NCBI GenBank assembly: GCA_035349055.1
Contig: DAOPRQ010000002.1
Coordinates: 1,321 to 58,179, forward strand
Source of the DNA: Propionicimonas sp.
GTDB lineage: Bacteria; Actinomycetota; Actinomycetes; Propionibacteriales; Propionibacteriaceae
Direction of reading: 5' to 3'
Length of the DNA: 56,859 nt
Part shown: positions 51,648 through 56,859 of the stretch, one piece after another
Numbering within the stretch: position 1 is the stretch's first letter
Layout: every line of letters starts with the position of its first letter
The notes under the pieces: model-generated
Databases searched by the model: none
Seen by the model: the letters and a program-made list of their open reading frames with translations, nothing else
Told to the model about the DNA's origin: nothing
Made by a program: the position numbers and the translations under genes

Positions 51648-52589
51648 GTGGCGATTCCGGCAGTGGCACTGAATGGGCCGACGGCCAGCGGCAAGACCGC
51701 GGTGGCGGTCGAGGTGGCGCGCCTTCTGGCGGACGCAGGGCTGGCGGCAGAGGTGGTGAACGCCGATTCGATGCTGGTCTATCGCGGAATGGACATCGGC
51801 ACCGCGAAGCCCACGGTGGCAGAGCGCGGCGGCGTTCCACATCACCTGGTCGACATCCTCGACGTCACCGAGACCGCGAGCGTCGCGGACTTCCAGCGCC
51901 TTGCCAGAGCAGCGATCGCCGACTGCAGGCAGCGCGGCGTGGTGCCGCTGCTGGCCGGCGGTTCGGCGCTTTATGTGCACGCGATCCTGGACGCCTTCGA
52001 GTTTCCCGGGACGGATCCGGCCATTCGGTCGCGGCTGGAAGCCGAGCTGGACAAGTTGGGTTCCCCCGCCCTGCATGCCCGGCTGACTGAGTTGAACCCC
52101 GAAGCCGCTGCCGGGATCCTGCCCGGCAACGCCCGACGGATCGTCCGGGCGCTCGAGGTGATCGAGCTGACCGGCACGTTCACGTCCGTGCTGCCGGAAT
52201 GGACGTACGCACTCGACGGCGTGCTGCAGTTCGGTCTGGAGGTGCCACGTGAGGTGCTGGACGAGCGGATCGCCGCACGAGTGGACCAGATGTGGGCCGA
52301 CGGCCTGGTTGCGGAGGTCGAGAAACTCGTGGACCGGGGCCTTCGCAGCGGGCGGACGGCGTCCCGCGCGCTCGGCTACCGCCAGGTGTTGGCGTTCCTG
52401 GACGGTGAGCTCACCGAGTCCGAGGCCCGGGAGGCAACGATCACAGGAACCCGCAGATTCGCCCGCAAGCAGTTGGGCTGGTTCCGGCGGGATCCGCGGA
52501 TCGTCTGGTTGCCGGCCGGGCCGCAGAGCGCGATCACGATCGCGTCGGTGGTAACGGATAAGGTGCTTGGCGGACCACAGGAGGCGTGA
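51648..52589 (+). CDS. miaA: tRNA dimethylallyltransferase
   Basis: GPTASGKT, DSMLVYRGMDIGTAKP and RRFARKQLGWF. Confidence 0.96.
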   Translation: MAIPAVALNGPTASGKTAVAVEVARLLADAGLAAEVVNADSMLVYRGMDIGTAKPTVAERGGVPHHLVDILDVTETASVADFQRLARAAIADCRQRGVVPLLAGGSALYVHAILDAFEFPGTDPAIRSRLEAELDKLGSPALHARLTELNPEAAAGILPGNARRIVRALEVIELTGTFTSVLPEWTYALDGVLQFGLEVPREVLDERIAARVDQMWADGLVAEVEKLVDRGLRSGRTASRALGYRQVLAFLDGELTESEAREATITGTRRFARKQLGWFRRDPRIVWLPAGPQSAITIASVVTDKVLGGPQEA

Positions 52590-53398
52590 TGGACATCGAG
52601 TTCGCCAAGGGGCACGGCACCCGCAACGACTTCGTGCTGTTCGCCGACCCCGACAACCTCTACGACCTGACTGCCGAGCAGGTGCGCTACCTGTGTGACC
52701 GCCGTGCCGGGATTGGCGGCGACGGGGTGCTCCGCGCAGTCCGGACCAATCAGGTGTCGCAGTGGGCCGGCAGCCGGGCGGACTGGTTCATGGACTACCG
52801 CAACGCCGACGGCTCGATCGCGGAGATGTGCGGCAACGGGCTGCGGGTCTTCCTGCGATTTCTCGCCGAGGAGGATCTGATCGATCCGTCCGGGGTGACC
52901 GCGGTGGCGACCAGAGCCGGCCTGCGCAGTGGGTGGCTGGTGGACGACGGCCGGATCGCAGTCAGCATGGGCGCAGTGAGCATCGGTGACCAGGTGACGA
53001 TCAGCCACGGCGGACGCACGTGGCCGGCGACGGCCGCTGATGTGGGCAATCCGCACGCCGTGGTCGAGGTGGCCTCCGCCGCGGAACTCGACGGGCTGGA
53101 TCTCAGCCTCGCGCCCACTTGGTCGCCTGCGGACGCTTTCCCGAACGGGGTGAACACCGAGTTCGTCCTTCGCGAAGGCCCTGGCCGGCTTCGGCTGCGG
53201 GTGTTCGAGCGCGGGGTTGGCGAGACGGACTCCTGCGGCACCGGCGTGGTCGCGTCCGCTGCGGTACTCGGCGGTGCGCAGAACTGCGCCGTGCAGGTGC
53301 TGGGCGGACGCCTGGAGGTGCGACTGGGCGATCCGGACGCGGTCCTGATCGGCCCCGCCGCGGTCGTGGCGCGCGGTCGGATCGACCTGCCGAGCTAA
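52586..53398 (+). CDS. dapF: Diaminopimelate epimerase
   Basis: KGHGTRNDF, EMCGNG, GNPH and ERGVGETDSCGTG. Confidence 0.96.
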   Translation: MMDIEFAKGHGTRNDFVLFADPDNLYDLTAEQVRYLCDRRAGIGGDGVLRAVRTNQVSQWAGSRADWFMDYRNADGSIAEMCGNGLRVFLRFLAEEDLIDPSGVTAVATRAGLRSGWLVDDGRIAVSMGAVSIGDQVTISHGGRTWPATAADVGNPHAVVEVASAAELDGLDLSLAPTWSPADAFPNGVNTEFVLREGPGRLRLRVFERGVGETDSCGTGVVASAAVLGGAQNCAVQVLGGRLEVRLGDPDAVLIGPAAVVARGRIDLPS

Positions 53399-53410
53399 GT
53401 TGGATGGACG

Positions 53411-54799
53411 ATGACTGAAGAAGAATCGCTGATCGAATCCTCCGTTGACCTGCAGGCTCGGCACTCGCTGCGCCGGGTGGCCGGCATGTCCACCCAGCTG
53501 GCCGACATCACCGAGGTGGAGTACCGCGAGCTCCAGTTGGAGCGGGTCGTGCTGGTCAGCGTCTGGACCAGCGGCACCGAAGCTGACGCCGACTACGCCA
53601 TGGCCGAGCTGAAGTTGCTGGCGGAGACCGCGGGTTCGCAGGTTCTCGAGGGGCTGGTCCAGCGGCGCAGCCATCCCGACCCGGCGACCTTCATCGGCCG
53701 CGGCAAGGTCGACGAGGTACGCGAGGTCGTGCTGGCGACCGGCGCCGACACCGTGATCTGCGACGGCGAACTCGAGCCGGCCCAGCTGCGCAACCTTGAG
53801 GACCGGGTCGGCGTGAAGGTCATTGATCGCACCGCTCTGATCCTTGACATCTTCGCCACCCACGCCAAGAGCGCAGAGGGCAAGGCGCAGGTCGAGTTGG
53901 CTCAGTTGCAGTACCTGCGGCAGCGGCTGCGTGGTTGGGGCGGCAATCTCTCCCGCCAGGCCGGTGGTCGCGCAGCGGGAGGTGCCGGAATCGGTGGTCG
54001 CGGTCCGGGCGAGACCAAGATCGAGACCGACCGTCGGCGGATCAAGACCCGCATCTCGATCCTGCGCAAGCGGTTGCGAGAGCTGGACGCCGTCCGTGAC
54101 ACCAAGCGTTCCCAGCGCACCCGCAACCAGGTGCCCAGCGTGGCGATCGTCGGCTACACGAACGCAGGCAAGAGTTCACTGCTCAACCGGCTCACGGGCG
54201 CCGGTGTGCTGGTCGAGGACGCGCTGTTCGCCACCCTCGACCCGACCACTCGCCGCACCCAGACCACGGACGGCCGGGTGTACACGCTCACCGACACAGT
54301 CGGGTTCATCCGGCACCTGCCACACGACCTGGTGGAGGCGTTCCGTTCCACGCTGGAGGAGTCGGTTAACGCCGACCTGCTGCTGCACGTCATCGACGGC
54401 TCCGATCCGGACCCGTTCGGCCAAGTCACCGCCGTGCGCACCGTGCTGGCCGAGATCGGTGCGGCGAATGTCGCCGAGCAATTGGTGATCAACAAGATCG
54501 ACACCGCCGAGCCGAACGAACTGCTGGCGCTCCGGGGTCGCTTCCCGGACGCGGTGTTCGTGTCGGCCCGCACCGGGGCAGGCATCGCCGACCTGCTGGC
54601 TCGCGTGGAGGAGCGGCTGCCGCGACCGGCGATCGAGGTGCACGCGTTGGTGCCGTACGACCGGGGTGACCTGATCAACAAGATCCACCTGACCGGTGAG
54701 TTCGTCTCCAGTGAGCACACCGAGAACGGCACCGCGGTGGTCGCGAGGGTGAACGCCGACCTCGCCGGCGAGCTGGCCCGCTACGCCGCCGATGGCTGA
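53411..54799 (+). CDS. hflX: GTPase HflX
   Basis: GPGETKIETDRR, GYTNAGKS, FATLDPT, DTVGFI and NKID. Confidence 0.97.
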   Translation: MTEEESLIESSVDLQARHSLRRVAGMSTQLADITEVEYRELQLERVVLVSVWTSGTEADADYAMAELKLLAETAGSQVLEGLVQRRSHPDPATFIGRGKVDEVREVVLATGADTVICDGELEPAQLRNLEDRVGVKVIDRTALILDIFATHAKSAEGKAQVELAQLQYLRQRLRGWGGNLSRQAGGRAAGGAGIGGRGPGETKIETDRRRIKTRISILRKRLRELDAVRDTKRSQRTRNQVPSVAIVGYTNAGKSSLLNRLTGAGVLVEDALFATLDPTTRRTQTTDGRVYTLTDTVGFIRHLPHDLVEAFRSTLEESVNADLLLHVIDGSDPDPFGQVTAVRTVLAEIGAANVAEQLVINKIDTAEPNELLALRGRFPDAVFVSARTGAGIADLLARVEERLPRPAIEVHALVPYDRGDLINKIHLTGEFVSSEHTENGTAVVARVNADLAGELARYAADG

Positions 54800-56759
54800 G
54801 GCAGTTCCCATCGGTCAACTCGCCGAACAGATCCTCGAGGCCGCGATCGCGGGGATAGGCGGTGCGGCGCGTCCCGGTCAGGGGAGGATGGCGACCGAGG
54901 TGGCCCGGACCCTTGACACCGGCGAACACCTGTTGGTGCAGGCCGGCACGGGCACCGGCAAGTCGCTCGGCTACCTCGCACCGGCACTCGCAGCGCTCGT
55001 GCAACAGCGCGAGGCGCGGGTGGTCGTGGCGACTGCCACCCTGGCACTGCAGGCCCAGCTGGCCGTCAAGGACATACCGGCGGCGGTCGCCGCGTGCGCC
55101 GAGGTCACCGGCCAGCAGGTCAGCCACGCCGTGCTGAAGGGCCGCAGCAACTACGCCTGCCTGCTGCGCGTCCGCGACGGCCAGGGAGCAGAGCAGGACG
55201 CGCTGCTGCCTGAGCCCGGTGAGGCCACTGGTGTCGGCGCCGAGGTGGTTGAACTGCGCCGCTGGGCCGAGACCGAGGCCGAGCACGGCAGCCTGGCCGA
55301 CCGCGACGACGCCCCGGCCCACACGCCGTTGGCCTGGGCGCAGGTATCAGTGCCGGTGCGTGAGTGCGTTGGCGCACAGCGCTGCCCTTACGGCACGGAG
55401 TGCTTCGTGGAGAAGTCCAGGGAGCGTGCCCGGGCGAGCCAGTTGGTGGTGACGAACCACGCACTGCTCGCAGTCGACGCGCTCCACGGCGGTACCGCGC
55501 TGCCCGAGTACGACGGCGTAATCATCGATGAGGCCCACGAACTGGTGTCCCGCGTGACCGGTGCGGCCTCGGTGGAGCTGAGCCCGCAGCAGGTTGAACG
55601 CGTGGCCAAACGCTGTCTGGCCTGGGTGGGCGACGAAGTCGGCCTGGAGTTCCTTGATGCGGCGGACGCGCTGCAGCTTGGTCTCGACGCGGACGCGGTC
55701 GGCCGGGTGCTGGACCCGTCCGCGCCCGTGCTGGAGGCGCTCCGGGTGGTGCGGATCGCGGCCAGGCACGCAGTCTCCGCCCTCAGCGGGGGCAGCGACG
55801 AGGAGCCAGAGCGGCGTCAGGCACAGGGTGCGACGCAGGAGGTCTTCGACATCGCGGAACGCATGGCCAAGCTGGAGGAGCACGACGTCGTCTGGATTTC
55901 CGAGTCGGACCGCTTCGGCCGACAGGTGAACTGCGCTCCGCTTTCGGTGGCCGGTCTGCTGCGCAGCCAGGTGTTCGACAACCACCCGAGCGTCCTGACC
56001 TCAGCCACACTGAAGGTCGGCGGCGACTTCAAAGCGGTGGCGGCGTCGCTCGGGCTTGGCGGCGAGGGTGGTTCGTGGCGCGGTGAGGACGTCGGCTCGC
56101 CCTTCGACTACCGGAGCCAGGGGATTCTCTACGTCGCGGCTGACCTCGCGCCGCCCGGCCGCGACGGCATCAGCGCGGAGACGCTCGCCGAGATCGCCGA
56201 GCTGCTCTGGGCTGCCGAGGGCCGGACGCTCGGCCTGTTCGCGTCCCAGCGGGCTGCAGAGGCTGCGGCCCGCTACTGCCGCGAACACGTGCCCGACCGG
56301 CTGGTGCTCTGCCAGGGGGACGCGCACCTGGCCCGGCTCACCGCGGAGTTCATCAGCGACCCGGAAGCCTCCCTTTTCGGCACCCTCTCGCTGTGGCAGG
56401 GGATCGACGTGCCGGGCGACACCTGTCGGCTGGTGATCATCGACAAGATCCCGTTCCCGCGCCCGGACGACCCGCTGATGCAGGCGCGTCAGCAGGCAGT
56501 GGCGGACGCCGGCGGCAACGGCTTCATGGCGGTGGCCGCTACCCATGCCGGTCTGCTGCTCGCGCAAGGTTCCGGGCGGCTGATCCGCACGCTCACCGAT
56601 CGTGGTGTGGTGGCGATCCTCGACTCCCGCCTGGTCAAAGCGCGCTACGGCAGCTTCCTGCGCGCGTCGATGCCGGACTTCTGGATGACCACCGATCGCG
56701 AGATCGCGATTGGATCGCTTCGCCGCCTGGCCGAGGCCGTCGAAAGCCCGAATCAGTAG
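54792..56759 (+). CDS. dinG: DinG/YoaA family ATP-dependent DNA helicase
   Basis: QAGTGTGKS, four Fe-S cysteines (NYAC, ECVGAQRCPYGTEC), DEAH and QGSGRLIR. Confidence 0.93.
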   Translation: MAEAVPIGQLAEQILEAAIAGIGGAARPGQGRMATEVARTLDTGEHLLVQAGTGTGKSLGYLAPALAALVQQREARVVVATATLALQAQLAVKDIPAAVAACAEVTGQQVSHAVLKGRSNYACLLRVRDGQGAEQDALLPEPGEATGVGAEVVELRRWAETEAEHGSLADRDDAPAHTPLAWAQVSVPVRECVGAQRCPYGTECFVEKSRERARASQLVVTNHALLAVDALHGGTALPEYDGVIIDEAHELVSRVTGAASVELSPQQVERVAKRCLAWVGDEVGLEFLDAADALQLGLDADAVGRVLDPSAPVLEALRVVRIAARHAVSALSGGSDEEPERRQAQGATQEVFDIAERMAKLEEHDVVWISESDRFGRQVNCAPLSVAGLLRSQVFDNHPSVLTSATLKVGGDFKAVAASLGLGGEGGSWRGEDVGSPFDYRSQGILYVAADLAPPGRDGISAETLAEIAELLWAAEGRTLGLFASQRAAEAAARYCREHVPDRLVLCQGDAHLARLTAEFISDPEASLFGTLSLWQGIDVPGDTCRLVIIDKIPFPRPDDPLMQARQQAVADAGGNGFMAVAATHAGLLLAQGSGRLIRTLTDRGVVAILDSRLVKARYGSFLRASMPDFWMTTDREIAIGSLRRLAEAVESPNQ

Positions 56760-56806
56760 CCGCCGGACCCAGCTGGCACCACCAGCCCCGTCCCGAAACA
56801 ACCCAC

Positions 56807-56855
56807 ACAAAGTGGACAGTTTGGTGCCGTCTGCGCGAGAAACGGTCCACTTTGT
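56807..56855. repeat. 16-bp inverted repeat after dinG
   Basis: ACAAAGTGGACAGTTT / AAACGGTCCACTTTGT, 1 mismatch. Confidence 0.75.
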
Positions 56856-56859
56856 TGGC

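Overview
High-GC actinobacterial chromosomal segment, most consistent with Propionibacteriaceae or a related family (inferred from gene content and order). It is about 48 densely packed CDSs. Core blocks: a polar amino-acid ABC transporter; secA with Rv3235-like, WS/DGAT-like and DUF6912 neighbours; IclR-leuCD; ddl-thiL; and ftsK-rimO-pgsA-cinA-clgR-recA-recX-rny-miaB-miaA-dapF-hflX-dinG. An accessory middle (about 10-33 kb) carries Ku without ligD, pruA plus an M20 peptidase, a LexA-boxed imuA'-imuB-dnaE2 mutasome, an RHH/Doc toxin-antitoxin pair with a degenerate toxin motif, a beta-eliminating lyase with tyrosine phenol-lyase-type residues, a large NAD-GDH coupled to an APH-fold kinase, and a DUF222-HNH (13E12-type) gene. 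I found no rRNA, tRNA, CRISPR array, transposase or prophage, and no clear-cut new multi-gene system. The most notable signals are: (i) a two-tier DNA-damage architecture, with LexA boxes at imuA' and recA and PafBC/RecA-NDp-type promoters at recA and possibly the HNH gene and clgR; (ii) small repeat and hairpin families, with one repeat copy translated inside DnaE2; (iii) an uncharacterised His-motif lipoprotein plus membrane protein pair; (iv) a kinase coupled to GDH. Family calls come from recalled motifs, not database searches.
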